A stretch of DNA of 64,000 bases from Heteronotia binoei (taxonomy: Eukaryota). The DNA lies in assembly GCF_032191835.1 (NCBI RefSeq), contig NC_083228.1, positions 109,802,001 to 109,866,000 on the forward strand. The letters are read 5' to 3'. Positions 28,101-39,032 of the stretch are shown piece after piece (position 1 is the first letter of the stretch; each line of letters starts with the position of its first letter). Position numbers and translations under genes: made by a program. The notes under the pieces were generated by a model. It saw nothing but the letters and a program-made list of their open reading frames with translations. It did no database searches and was not told the DNA's origin.

Positions 28101-31100
28101 GAGGTAAAACATTGGAATGGGGAGCAGACTTTTCCATCAAAAAACAAACACACACTGATCATATCTCTGAAGCAGGATCCTGGCTCTAAAAGTCTCATGA
28201 GGAAGACAGATGCAATATTAAAAAAAATGTCATGTGTATTCTTTAGCTGCTCTGCAGTCCCACCTTGTACTTGAAGGTACAGTCTGGCATGCAAGTGAAT
28301 ACAATTATAATCCTAAACACAGTTGCTGCCCTTCTAAACCCATTGACGCTGTTTAGTATTACACTGTAACTTGGTTATTAGTATTGCATTCTCCTACTTG
28401 CTGTGTATCTTCTGCCTGCTGCCTGAGTTGAGAGGAGACTGCACTGCTTCCATTACTGAGCAGTGGATCTACACTGCTCAGAAATGGAAGCAGCGCAGAG
28501 TGTTGCTTGCTCTCCTCCCTCCCTGTGCAGCAGCAGCCAGAGGGGGGAAACAATTATGTGGGCATTGCTGTTACTTTTCCCCTGGTGACAGGGGAGTGGA
28601 AAAGGTGAGTCAATGGGAAGAGGGCCAAACTGATGGCTCTGCCCTTGTTTAATTAGCTAGTCTTCCTGTCAGTTTTGTTCAGCTGTAAAGCTGAATTGAA
28701 GCCATTTACGAACCTTTTATGCCTGCCTTAATCCTAGGAGTGGCAAACCCTCAGGGTTATAAGATTCCGTTGTTCCCTTGCTTTCAGCAGGGAATCAGCT
28801 TGCAATAATTCTCGAGGGGTAGCTGTGTTAGTCTGTCACAGCCAAACTGAACAGAAGTCCAGTGACTCCTTAAAGACTTCACAACATTTATTCCAGCATA
28901 AGTTTTTTTGTCAGTCAGAGGTCACTTTATCAGTAGGCTGGAATAAATTTAGTTAGTCCTGCACTTCTATTTTGTTTATAAGGGCTGCATTATATTGTGA
29001 GAATGGCATTCAGTTAATGGTGAGATAGTTAAAAGTCAAGTTAATCCCACTTCTCCCTATTAATAAACTGTGGTGACTCTTAACCATGGTTTGTAGTTCA
29101 GTGAGGGGAAAGGGGAAGGGGGGTGCCTACTAAAGGGGGGAAGAGGATCAGGTGGATAATGTGGTGGTGGTAGAAAGTGCCTTCAAGTCACGGCTGACTT
29201 ATGGCAACCTTCATAGAGTTTTCAAGGCAAGAGACTTTCAGAGGTGGTTTGGCATTGCCTGTCTCCATGTCACAAGTCTGAACCTAGTCTTCCTTGGAGG
29301 CCTCCCATCAAAATATAGGCCTAGGACTGGGTCTGACCCTGCTGAGCTTCAGAAATTTGACAACCAGGCTATCCTGGTCGGGGGTGCATAACTTCAGGGA
29401 CTGTAAAAAATTTTTTTTTTAAAAAAGTCCATTAAACAAGTCAACGTTGTTGGTGTAAAATTTCCTGAAATAGTTTGGTTTGCATGAGCAGCAAGAATGC
29501 TTGTGACAGAATGGGCCTGCTTCAGCCTGCAGATCCTGTTCCACCTTGATGCCAAGGTTTTCCCAACACCTACAGAGGCTTTTTTTTCTCTTGGGTAACC
29601 ACTGCCTCCACTAGACCTTTGTAAGGAATTGTTCTCTGGAAGGGTCAGAACTCCCAGCTTCCCTTCCAAGTTCTGAGGCCTTGCCTCTGTGTCTCCTGCT
29701 GTCACAATGAGGACTGGTTACTGCCTTGTGCACTCCTGGAAGAATAGCTGCTTGCCAACTACTTGCCTTCTCCCTGGCAATCCTTTTAAAAATAGCATGT
29801 CCCAGACTGTGGAAGTCTATGTGGTACAGAGAGCCACTACCAGCATCAAAAGAGAAAATGTTCACAAGCATACTTTTAGTATAGCACCAGTCTAAGCAAG
29901 GGATTCAGAATAAATGAATAAAATGCAATTCCTCTGTCCTTCTCTATACATGCCCTATCAGATGTTAAAATATAGAACAGTCCTTAGCTTAGAGTGTTAC
30001 AGAATTTCCAACAACCTTGCAGCTTCCTCCAGCAGTTTAGTCCAAGACATGACTACAACCGTCTCCTCCAGATCTCAGTTAAGAGTTAGAATCATATAGT
30101 TGGAAGAGACCGCCAGGATCCAATCCACTACATAAATCATGAAATTCACAAATACCTCCCTCCACACACACATACATCCCCAGTGACCCTTTCTCCATGC
30201 CCAAAAGATGGCAAAAACTCTCCAGGATACCTGCCCAAACGGATCTGGAGAAGAAGTGGTGGTCAGCACTTCCCTGGATGAAAGGGTCACAAGAACTAAG
30301 CACTGGTGCAACCCTTCCTGCCTCCCTCTCATGATCTGTTTAAGTTCACAGAATCAGCCTTACTGTCAGATGGCCACTGAGCCTCTGTTTAAAAACCTCC
30401 CGAAAAGGAGAACCCACCATCTCCTGAGTTCTGTCTGCTCTGGTGAACTTATCACTCAAGAGATCTTCTGCCTGGCTTCCAGGAGTTTTATCACCTGCCT
30501 TTATTGTTTAGGCTGTGTCAGAGCAACTTTTCCTGGAGATTCTTCCTGGCGCTTTTCTAAAGTCTTCCATATCTCTGTTCCCTGCTTGGAGAAGGGGGTG
30601 GGGGAGCTTGATCCATCCATTATCTCACCTGAAAGATTTGTTAGCATTTGGATGAAGGTAGGCTGAGGTAAGTCTGGAAAGCAACTGAACTGACTTCTCT
30701 TCCTGTCTGTTCTCTGCCCAGAGATAAAAAAAACTTTTAAAACCTCCTGGTAAAGGTTTTACTCAGGTCAGACCTCTACCCAAAAATGCATTTCTCCACA
30801 GTGCTTAATAGGAATGTCTTTTTAAAAATTATTCCACAGTTACAGGCTGGCACCTAAATATCACTTCCCAACTCAGTTTGAAGACGTGTATGCAGTAGCA
30901 AAGTACTTCCTGCAAAGCAGTGTTCTTGACCAATACAAGGTAGACTCAAGCAGAGTGTGCATTGCGGGAGACAGTGCAGGAGGAAATCTAGCTGCAGCTG
31001 TGGCACAGCAGGTGAGTGGTTGTAGATGTTTGAAAACAGTAACAAAATGAAATGCCAGCATCCACTGAAAAGCCAGTCATGTGAATCTTGGGATAACTCC

Positions 31101-34100
31101 TCTTTTTTGTACATTCAGGAGGATATGTCAGTCACCTCTAGGTTAGGAAGATTTTGGGAGTGGAGCCTGAAGACGACAGGATTTCAGGAAGAGTGGGGCT
31201 TTATTTGGCTGTAATACCATAGAGCCCACCTTTCAATGCAGCTATTTTCTCCAGGTGAACTGATCTGTTACCTGGAGATCAGTTGTAATCCCAGGAGGTT
31301 GGCAACCCTATCAGGATGTGATGTATCTAACATGAACCCTGTTAAAATCTGCATGAAGATGGGTCCAGTTTTTAGAGCTGAAGTAGGGGATAGACATCGC
31401 TTCCAAGAGAGGGGAGGGGCCAAGGGGCTGGGGTTTCTCTGGGAGGTTAAAGAAACAGACAGGCAAGATGCTACTGGTGGATTAGTTCCCTCCTTCAGCT
31501 CTGAGTTCTCCCACCCATCATTTCTGATGACTGGGGCCAGATTAGGCTTTGAGTTCAGAAACATTTCCTGAAGCAGCCTTTTTCCAGGGAAGGGGTTGCC
31601 AGATTGCTCACAGCAATAAAAGTGAAATTAATTATTACCTGCTAATCTGCATGCAAAGTGTTTCTCTTGCCTTGCTAGCTAAAGGAGGAAATGGATGAGA
31701 AGCAGCTATTGATGATCAAGAAATGCTGGAAGAGAGTGAGGGGGGAATGGAGTGGATTTTTGTGTGAGTAGGAAAGGAGCTATTGGAATGCTATTAGTGT
31801 AGTTTGGCCTAGAGCCATCCCCACCTTTTCAGGTGTATTAGAGACTGGTTGCAGTTACCTAGGGGTGAGAGAGAGGTATGCTCAAGGAGATGCATGCTCA
31901 AAGAGAATAATTACTATATCTCATGGAAGTGCTTGGACCAGGCACAAGCCAATTGTGGGGGTTACTATGAGCTTCATGTAGAATGCTTGCATAAGGCAAA
32001 GAGAAAACTTACCAAAATGTCATTTATTTTGATGAAGACTGTTTACTCACATTGTGATGGGTTCTGCTTCCCCACGGTTTGTTCAGGTCCCTGTTTCCTC
32101 CCTTCCTTCTCTGCCCCGTCTGTTCTAGCTCCTCCCAATCTGTTTTCCATTTTATTCCACCGGTCTGATCTTTGTTGCCACCTAGTAATCCCTGCTGTTG
32201 GCCTCCCCCCACACACTAGCACTCTCCTTTTCCCTATCAATTCAAGTGCTTTTTCTCCAGTTCCCACTTCCGTAATTACCCCTGTTTTCCATTCACCCCA
32301 TCACTAACTGCTTTCCTTCCTAGCTCCCATCACAGTCCCTCACATCTCCTCCCTACTCTTTTCCTCTTTTCTGTTCAGTGCTCTTGCTCCTCCTCTTCCT
32401 GGTGAGGGTTGAAAATCATTTTTGACTGCAACAGGAACTGCAAGTGTCCCCTACACATTTTTTTTCTTTCCTGTGCTATCTGTGCTTATTTGGGGCGAGG
32501 GATAACCTTTAAAGTTTGCAGGGTTTCTTTTCCTTCCTTCCTTCCTTGGTAAACCTAGGGATGCTCCCAGCTTTGCAAAGAACATCTTCATTGTCCAAAA
32601 TAGATCTATTGTACAGATTTTCTGATCCATGGGAATTAGACATATAAGAAGGTATTGAAGATGATGATATTGGATTTATACCCTGCCCTACACTTTGATT
32701 CTCAGAGTGGTCACAATCTCCTTTACCTCCCCCCCCCCCAGACACCCCGTGAGGTAGGTGGGGCTAAGAGAGCTTTCACAGCAGCTGCTCTTTCAAGGAC
32801 AATTCCTGTGAAAGCTATGGCTGACCCAAGGCTATTCCAGCAGATGCAAGTGGAGGAGTGGGGAATCAAACTTGGTTCTCCCAGATAAGAGTCTGCACAC
32901 TTAACCACTACACCAAACTGGCTCTCAGCATGATAGTGACAGACAACCTTCCAAACTGACATGTTGCCCCTTGTGAATGATCTTTAGGTGGCACCTGGAG
33001 ATCTCTTGGTATTCCTGTTGATCTCCAGATGACCAGGATCAGTTCCCCTAGAGATAGGAATTCCAGACCCCTCCCAGTGGAGGCGAGGGTTGCCTGTTGC
33101 CAGATTCCACCTTACTGCTGCTGAACAGCTGGCCAGTGGGGGGAACTTACCCCACAAAAGAGGAAGATCTATCTGACATGCAGTGACTTTTACATCACTG
33201 CCAAGGTGACTTGGAAGTGATATCATCACATCTAGGATTTTTGGGTGATGTTCTGATATTTTGGCAAAAACTCTATAGTGGAAGTCAAATTTGCCACAGA
33301 GTTTTTGCCCAAGTACCAGAACATTGCCCTGGCATTGCCATGACATCACTTCCAGTTCACATGGGCAGTGACATAGACATGTCCCTGTATGTTGGCTGGG
33401 CCTCCCTGCTGCTCCCAGTTAGTCCTGCTCCATCCTCCAGTTGCTAGGAGGGACCTGACAACCATTACCTGGAGAAAATGGATGCTTTAGATGGTGGACT
33501 CAATAGCACTGTACTCTTCTGAAGTTTCTCCCCCAGGCTTCACCTCAAAATCTCCAGGTATTCCCAACCCAGAAATGCCAACTCTGTCTTTATGCATTGT
33601 TGAGATACTTGAAGTGTCACATGCAATCTAGGCTGCACTGTTCACTTTGGGCAGCAGAGAGATCCAGTGTATGCATGAGCTGAGCACACTCCAATGAGCC
33701 CTTCTGTAAAGCACAGAGATTAGGGATGTTGAAATACCCACCGCTTGGTTCTCATTCTGTTCTCTAGTCACAAATATGAATATTTTTCAATGGTCAGTTG
33801 GATTGGTTGTTGACTTCTTTGTGGCTCTTTGATAGGCTGCTTCACTGTCTTCCTTCCTGAAAGTCCAGTACAGCAGAATCAGTTTTTCTTGTAGGCATGA
33901 CCACCATTTCCCCTGCCATGCCACTGGAAGACTTTTGAAGGGTATTTTTATTTTGCATTGGCAATTGCTGTTGCAATCTAGCATTTGAGTAATGTATTGC
34001 CATGATTGCTGAACTCCCAGCTTTCACTAAAAATAAAGTATGTCTTCAGGTATACCTTTCTTTTGATAATTTTGCAATGGAATTTTTTTAGTGTACTTCA

Positions 34101-35806
34101 CTGGTACTTCAGTGGTCATGGCAATATATTGCTTGGCAGTTAGACTGCAATGGCAATTGTTGATTAAAAAAAAAATCAAACTCCAGGACCCCAGTGGAGC
34201 AAAACAGATTTTCTACCGTTAGCAACTTTGAAAACATCTTCTTTATCAAGTATTATTGTGTCTCATACATCAAAAATACATCAGATCCTGAGGAGGTGAC
34301 CCCCCCCCCCACAACACGGGTCAAAAATGTTGTTTCAAAAGAAACGGAGTAACACTCATGGTATGAATGATTTTCAAATGTGACAACACCTCTCTTTGTA
34401 AAAACAGAGTGATCCTCAAGATGTTTAACAGCCAGTTGTGGAATGATGTGAAATGCTTCAGCCACCAGTACATTTACACTATAAATTTCATAACTGTTTC
34501 TTTTGACTTGAGCTTGAAAAGTGCTTTACCTGGATAAAAAACTCCACAGCTGAACACTTAAATTGGCAAAACTATGCTTGCTTCTCCCCACCCCAGCTAT
34601 CAAATTACAGCTGATTTATAGCAACTCCATAGAGAGTTTCCAAAGCAAGAGACATTCAGAGGTGGCTTGCCATTGCCTGCCTCTGCATAGTGATCCTGGA
34701 CTTCTTTGGTGTTCTCCTATCCAAGTACTAACTAGGGTCAACCCTGCTTGGCTCCCAAGAGCATGAGATTGGCTAGCCTGGGCTATATCAATCAGGGCTT
34801 GCTTACTTGGAAATAAGTCACTGGCCTCTGTAGGACTATTGATGTTTGGATCTGGGTGTAAAACTTATTCTGGGGAGAAAGTTAGAGGCCATTTGAGCCT
34901 TCTTTGATCATTCCTCCTGATGGAGACCTAGTACATTAACACATTTTTAATATCAAATTACAAAATTATACTAATTTACAATTATTGTGAAATTGATTTT
35001 ATGGTCAATGTAAAGTAGTGTAAACACTGGATGTTATCGGCATTTAGTTTCAATTTTTAAAAAAGGAGTATGCAGCCTATAAACCTGGAATTTCGGATTT
35101 CATTTTTTGTTTTTATTGCAATATGTTAAATCATGCATTTGGGCTAGCTTTTCCATCTGTAATACTTTTATTTACTGCATTTTCTATGGTTTTACAGCTT
35201 CTTCATGACCCTGAAGTCAAAGTTAAACTCAAGATCCAAGCGTTAATTTACCCTGCCCTTCAGACCATTGATCTGGATTTGCCATCCTATAGGGATAATG
35301 AAAACATGCCAATTTTGCCTAAGTCTTTAATGGTAAGATTCTGGAGTGAGTATTTTACAACTGACGCCTCTCTAAGGGAAGCAATGGAGACCAACCAACA
35401 TGTTCCTGCAGAGTCAAGTGATATCTTTAAGTTTGTAAACTGGAGTATCTGGCTGCCTGAAAAGTTTAAAAAGGGCTACGTTTACACCTCTTCATCACAT
35501 GGAAGTTCCAAGGTTGGACAGAAATACCCAGGACTCCTGGATCCCAGAGCAGCACCATTGTTAGTTGACGAGACCAAATTGCGGGGGTTACCTCTTACCT
35601 ACATCATCACGTGTCAATATGATGTCTTGCGAGACGATGGACTTATGTATGTCTCACGACTTAGGGAGGCAGAAGTTCCAGTGGTACATGAACATGTGGA
35701 GGGTGCTGTTCATGGGTCTCTAACATTTCTTATGGGCCCATTCAACTTACCTGTGGGACAGAAGTTGGCAAATAATTACATTGAGTGGCTAAATGAGAAC
35801 CTGTGA
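3972..35806 (+). CDS. AADAC: Arylacetamide deacetylase (AADAC or AADACL2-like paralog), full gene: join(3972..4109,17047..17269,25968..26037,30840..31011,35198..35806), 403 aa
   Basis: Exon lengths 138/223/70/172/609 with phases 0,1,2,0 give an open frame; the first four sizes match my recollection of human AADAC. Signal anchor, HGGG(111-114), GDSAG, D343, H373, C116/C340 present. Orthology versus paralogy needs phylogeny. Confidence 0.93.
4801..5017 (+). mobile_element. tRNA-derived SINE (Squam3/Ther1-like)
   Basis: A/B-box-like head, CTCAGCCTAACCTACTTCACAGGGTTGTTGTGAGG core; related copies at 39270-39497 (-), 42245-42450, 43660-43870, 49470-49680. Confidence 0.75.
5025..5170. mobile_element. 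Penelope-like element terminal remnant
   Basis: TTAGTCTTTAAGGTGCCACTGGACTC...ACTAACACAGCTACC motif, recurring at 28810-28960, 42440-42630, 47640-47975, 53615-53760 and 62907-63480. Confidence 0.65.
5526..5656. repeat. Perfect 47-bp tandem repeat, 2.8 copies, each with an 11-bp internal inverted repeat
   Basis: Unit GTAAAGACACTATAGTCATTCCAGCAGACAAGCACCCCATGACTATA starts at 5526, 5573 and 5620; lies inside the CAGGGC...GCCCTG repeat 5210-5665. Confidence 0.95.
5776..6099. mobile_element. hAT MITE (324 bp)
   Basis: TIRs CAGGGGTGGCCAAACT / AGTTTGGCCATCCCTG; 8-bp TSD AAATGGAC / AACTGGAT (6/8). Confidence 0.88.
8015..8781. mobile_element. Non-autonomous hAT element, TAGGGTTGCCA family
   Basis: Ends TAGGGTTGCCA / TGGGAAGCCTA; perfect 8-bp TSD GTTCTACC (8007-8014, 8782-8789). 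Confidence 0.92.
10654..10817. mobile_element. Truncated Charlie-like hAT MITE (host of the next insertion)
   Basis: CAAGGGTGGCCAAACT end preceded by CTCTAGAG (NTCTAGAN-type target); homologous to one end of 5776-6099; other end not found. Confidence 0.65.
10818..11834. mobile_element. TAGGGTTGCCA-family hAT element carrying about 800 bp of non-family cargo
   Basis: Left arm 10818-10927 matches 8015 ff.; right arm about 11745-11834 matches the end of the 8015 copy; perfect TSD CAACACGG (10810-10817, 11835-11842). Confidence 0.88.
11179..11727. repeat. 153-bp GC-rich direct duplication (11179-11331 and 11575-11727), about 93% identical
   Basis: By-eye alignment: 11 differences, all transitions, 9 at CpG sites. 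Confidence 0.9.
13190..13395 (+). mobile_element. Gecko Squam3B-like SINE, 3' part
   Basis: GTTGTCCTTGAAAGGGCAGC...CCCACTCACCTCACAGGG body shared with copies at 32657, 55812 and 62935; a separate SINE head lies at 13470-13600. Confidence 0.75.
14287..14364. mobile_element. Short palindromic MITE (TGC(A/T)GCCCTAAG-type ends)
   Basis: Ends TGCTGCCCTAAG / TTTAGGACTGCA with internal inverted repeats. Confidence 0.6.
15275..15590 (+). mobile_element. L2-type LINE 3' end
   Basis: AGGCTCTTTTGCCAGGCTTTT...GTAAGCTGCTCTGAGCCC...GATATAAAT plus AT-rich tail; similar ends at 12660-12880 and 53385-53600. Confidence 0.65.
16640..16786 (-). mobile_element. Sauria SINE, 5' half
   Basis: GACCTCGGAAGGATGGAAGGCTGAGTCAACCTTGAGCC...TGCGCCACAGGGCTC, the recognisable reverse strand of Sauria SINE. 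Confidence 0.8.
17047..17269 (+). CDS. AADAC: AADAC exon 2 ([14 protein letters not shown]...[12 protein letters not shown])
   Basis: Acceptor TTTTCTAG ending 17046; donor GTAAGT at 17270; HGGG oxyanion motif. Confidence 0.96.
17448..17624. mobile_element. Half of a Charlie-like hAT MITE, cut by the CR1 3' end
   Basis: CAGGGGTGTCAAACTCATTTGTTATGAGGGCC matches the reverse complement of the right end of the complete copy 38540-39032 up to CTTAAAACAT. Confidence 0.8.
17625..19556 (-). mobile_element. CR1 LINE, 5'-truncated, frameshifted RT region
   Basis: ORFs 18425..19129 ([33 protein letters not shown]) and 17724..18269; (ATTCTATG)n 3' tail at 17625. Confidence 0.95.
19565..23322 (-). mobile_element. 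L1-clade (L1/Tx1-like) LINE ORF2 pseudogene, about 3.75 kb, truncated within the endonuclease
   Basis: Broken ORFs: EN (NIYAPN, GDFN, SDHNP), [12 protein letters not shown] ([26 protein letters not shown]), C-terminal CWKC knuckle; minus-strand AATAAA at 19577-19582. Confidence 0.95.
23740..24456. repeat. 104-bp inverted duplication (23740-23843 / 24353-24456), 103/104 identical, 509-bp spacer
   Basis: Base-by-base reverse-complement alignment; only mismatch is A23757 opposite C24439. Confidence 0.95.
24953..25113 (-). mobile_element. 5S rRNA-headed SINE (SINE3 type)
   Basis: Reverse strand GCCCAATCTTGTCAGATCTTGGAAGCTAAGCAG resembles 5S rRNA, followed by a non-rRNA body; other copies at 15135-15270, 29165-29385 and 34620-34798. 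Confidence 0.8.
25968..26037 (+). CDS. AADAC: AADAC exon 3 ([24 protein letters not shown])
   Basis: Acceptor TTTTGTTGCAG ending 25967; donor GTAAGG at 26038; 70 nt; phases fit both neighbours; too short for the ORF track. Confidence 0.94.
26891..27558. mobile_element. TAGGGTTGCCA-family hAT element (reverse orientation)
   Basis: Ends TAGGCTTGCCA / TGGCAACCCTA; TSD GTTTCTGC / GTTTCTAC (7/8). Confidence 0.9.
30085..30425 (-). mobile_element. CR1 3'-UTR fragment
   Basis: AGAATCATATAGTTGGAAGAGACC and GCCTCTGTTTAAAAACCTCC match the 3' end of the CR1 at 17625. Confidence 0.7.
30840..31011 (+). CDS. AADAC: AADAC exon 4 ([10 protein letters not shown]...[16 protein letters not shown]), catalytic Ser189 at 30973-30975
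   Basis: Acceptor TTCCACAG ending 30839; donor GTGAGT at 31012; GDSAG nucleophile elbow; not in the ORF track. Confidence 0.96.
32657..32927 (-). mobile_element. Gecko Squam3B-like SINE, near full length
   Basis: (CTT/CAT)n tail reads GAAGATGATGATATTGGATTT on +; tRNA-like head ends at CTACACCAAACTGGCTCTC. Confidence 0.85.
35198..35806 (+). CDS. AADAC: AADAC exon 5 (LLHDPEVK...[11 protein letters not shown]...HGSL...EWLNENL*), Asp343 at 35621, His373 at 35711
   Basis: Acceptor TTTTACAG ending 35197; ORF 35123..35806; [14 protein letters not shown] motifs and the conserved C-terminal ENL. Confidence 0.97.
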   Translation, partial: LLHDPEVKVKLKIQALIYPALQTIDLDLPSYRDNENMPILPKSLMVRFWSEYFTTDASLREAMETNQHVPAESSDIFKFVNWSIWLPEKFKKGYVYTSSSHGSSKVGQKYPGLLDPRAAPLLVDETKLRGLPLTYIITCQYDVLRDDGLMYVSRLREAEVPVVHEHVEGAVHGSLTFLMGPFNLPVGQKLANNYIEWLNENL

Positions 35807-35872
35807 AGAAAACCATATCTGCAGAATGCCTTTGGCTCTTTTTATTTGAGTTAAGTTTTATACTGTTTTCCA

Positions 35873-35956
35873 ATTAAAGAAATTACCTTTTAAAATATTG
35901 TTGATATTGCAAATATTGGAAATGATGGAATATTTTTCTCCATTTGGATGATTAAA
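35873..35956 (+). terminator. Candidate AADAC polyadenylation signals (ATTAAA at 35873 and 35951)
   Basis: Variant hexamers in an AT-rich 3' UTR; no AATAAA seen before the CR1 at about 36075. Confidence 0.4.
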
Positions 35957-36074
35957 GAAAAAAACCCTCTTCAACACTGTGTAGTGCATTTCCTTTTTTT
36001 CTAAAAACTGGGAGGAATTATACCTTTGAATTATTCCAGGTGTAAATATTGATAATATATTAAAATCTGCCTCC

Positions 36075-37515
36075 AATCCTGAGGACTGGAAGGTAGCAAA
36101 TGTCACCCCCATATTTAAAAAGGGTTCCAGAGGAAATCTGTGAAATTACAGGCCAGTCAGTCTGACTTCAATACCAGAAAAGTTAGTAGAGACCGTTATT
36201 AAAGAGAGAATTAGTAGGCACATTGATGAACAAAAATTGTTGAGGAAGACTCAGGATGGGTTCTGTAAGGGAAGATCTTGTCTCACTAACCTGTTCTTTG
36301 AGGGGGTGAACAAACATGTAGACAAAGGGGACCCAATAGATGCTGTTTACCTTGACTTCTAGAAAACTTTTGATAAAGTTCCTCATCAAAGGCTCCTAAG
36401 TAAGCTCAAGAGTCCTCTTGTGGATCAAAAACTGGCTAATTAATAGGAAACAGTGAGTATGAATGGGCAATTTTGGAGTGGAGGGTGGTAAGCAGGGGGT
36501 GCCGCAGGGCTCAGTACTGGGTCCAGTGCTTTTTAACTTGTTCATTAATGATTTGGAGTTGGGAGTAAACAGTGAAGTGGCTAAGTTTGCGGATGACACT
36601 ACATTGTTCAAGGTGGTGGGAACCAGAGAGGATTGCGAGGCACTCCAGAGGGATCTGTTGAGGCTGAGTGAGTGGGCGTCGACATGGCAAACGAGGTTCA
36701 TTGTGGCCAAGTGCAAGGCAATGCACATTGGGGTCAAAAATCCTAACTATAAATACAGGTTGATGGGGTGTGAACTGGTGGAGACTGACCAAGAGAGAGA
36801 TCTTGGGATTGTGGTAGATAATTCACTGAAAATGTCAAGACAGTGTGTGACTGCAATAAAAAAGGTCAATGCCATGCTGGGAATTATTAGGAAAGGAATT
36901 GAAAACAAATCAGCCAATATCATAATGCCCCTGTATAAATTGATGGTGTGGCCTAATTTGGAGTACTGTGTACAATTCTGGTCACTGCACCTCAAAAAAT
37001 ATATTATAGCATTGGAAAAGGGCAACTAGAATGATTAATGGGTTGAAACACTTTCCCTATGAAGAAAGGTTAAAACGCTTAGGGCTCTTTAGCTTGGAGA
37101 AATGTCAACTGAGGGGTGACATGATAGAGGTTTACAAGATTATGAATGAGATAGAGAAGGTAGAGAAAGAAGTACCTTTCTTTCTCACAATATGAGAACT
37201 TATAGACACTCAATGAAATTGCTGAGCAGTCGGGTTAGAAAGGATAAAAGGAAGTACTTCTTCACCCAAAGGGTGATTAACACGTGGAATTCACTGTCAC
37301 AGGAGATGGTGGCAGCTACAAGCCACTTTAAAGAGAGGATTGGATAAACATATGAACAGAGCATATTGTTGGAACTTTCTGTCTGGGCTTCTAAGTGTCC
37401 CGGCTCCACTGATGGATTTCCTAATGGCACCTGGGTCTTTTGGCCACTGTGTGACACAGAGTGTTGGACTAGATGGGCCATTGGCTTGATCCAACATGGC
37501 TTCTCTTATGTTCTC
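36075..37515 (+). mobile_element. CR1 LINE 3' fragment
   Basis: PEDWKVANVTPIFKKG at the start; ORF 36463..37029 (GVPQGSVLGP, KFADDT); 3' end GATGGGCCATTGGCTTGATCCAACATGGCTTCTCTTATGTTCT. Confidence 0.93.
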
Positions 37516-38539
37516 TTAACTCTGGAAAATATACACATTGCCCTATTCACTCTATACAGTGAACAAACTATCAAGAGGATCACACATTGCACACTGTCCT
37601 GATACACAGGGTAGGAGTGTGAAAATCATAATAATGGGAAAGGTCTTAAGTCTGTTCTTCATCTTTTCAAGATGCCCTGTCCAGGGACTATGCTGCTGAC
37701 CATTTTGCTGAAAGTCTTGTTGATCGAACAGAGCCTGTCCTTCAGTTGATTGAAGAGATCCTGTCTTCCTTATGATGCCTTCTGTGATTTGTAAATATAG
37801 CAGCAACAACAAAATACAATGCCTTTTGGCCTCTTAACAATGAACTGGTTTTTGATGGTATGAGTAGTGTTGTACCTCTTCAAATACTACAGTAATTATA
37901 TTTGGGTGTACTGCACAGTACAGATAAGAAAGCTGATGTTGCCTTCAGGTTATTTTTGTTAATTAGATTTACTAGTGAATATTATAAATAGGTTACTTTA
38001 AGTAGTTTATGTGCAGTCATCCTTTGATGAATGATACCTACCAGTGCCATCATCTTTAATGATGCCATTCCAACTAAATGTAGGCTGCATGGAAGTCCTT
38101 ACATAGGCTATACTGCAAATAGAGAGCATTGCCTGCATAAGCACATCTGCAGCTCCAGCCCACACAGAGTATTCTGATGGTGTTGATGCCACTGGTATTT
38201 TAGAGCAGTGGTTTTCAAACTTCTAAAGTTACTGTAGTTTTAGGGACCAGCGTGCAGCTTTCCCCCACACTACATAAAGTGAAGGAAGCCAATTGCAGAA
38301 TGACACTGAACAAGTTTATCTTTCATTCTTTGTGTTTCCTGTTAATAATAGGGAGAATGACTAAGCAGCAGGCTGCATTTCAAGGCCATTTTGCACATTA
38401 TGCAGAAGCAAGCTCAAATTTGCCATAGAGCCTCCTAAAATGTGTACTCTGAGTTCATCATATTCCTTCTCCCTCCTGGGCTCATTTTCTACCTTGCCAG
38501 GAAGGCATGATCCATCGTTTAAGAACAGTAGCTTTAGAG

Positions 38540-39032
38540 CAGGGGTGTCAAACATGTGGCCCAGGGGCTGAATCAGGCCCCTGGAGGGCTCCTGTCAGTC
38601 CCTGAGCAACTGGCTCTTGTCTGCTTCGTCTCTCTTGCTTCGTTTTGCATCTCAACTTGCTTTGCAAGGTTTGCTCCATCACACAGGAGCTACAGAGCAA
38701 AACCTCGATTTTCTCCATTGGTTGAGGCTCCTCCTTCTCCTGGTCCCCTGGGGAGGGAGGGAAAACACCAGAGCTTCCTTTGGCCAGTTCCCTGGATCCC
38801 ATGGGAGAAATACAAAGAAAGCACCTTTAAGATCAACAAGTGCTAATGTTTTAAGCATATTTTATTTAAAGTTTTTTTTTTAAATAATAATCTTTAGTTT
38901 GTGTCCTTTAAAAGTTTATACTGTATCTCTGCTACCTAGCCTTAAATAGGTACACACATGGGCCGGCCCGACACGGCCAGGTCTAATTTATATCAGATCT
39001 GGCCCTCATAACAAATGAGTTTGATGTCCCTG
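38540..39032. mobile_element. Complete Charlie-like hAT MITE (493 bp)
   Basis: TIRs CAGGGGTGTCAAAC / GTTTGATGTCCCTG; perfect TSD CTTTAGAG. Confidence 0.93.

Noticed and set aside
31317-31900. Possible LTR in intron 4
   Set aside because: TG start, AATAAA near 31616 and a chance AGGA duplication, but no convincing terminal inverted repeat; unresolved.
35123-35197. Alternative start for a 227-aa protein
   Set aside because: The first 25 codons are the polypyrimidine tract of intron 4; the product would lack the catalytic serine.
37560-37775. Exon-like pair giving DALSRDYAADHFAESLVDRTEPVLQLIEEILSSL*
   Set aside because: Needs a 61-nt intron, short for a vertebrate, and I recognise no homolog; TBLASTN or RNA-seq could revive it.
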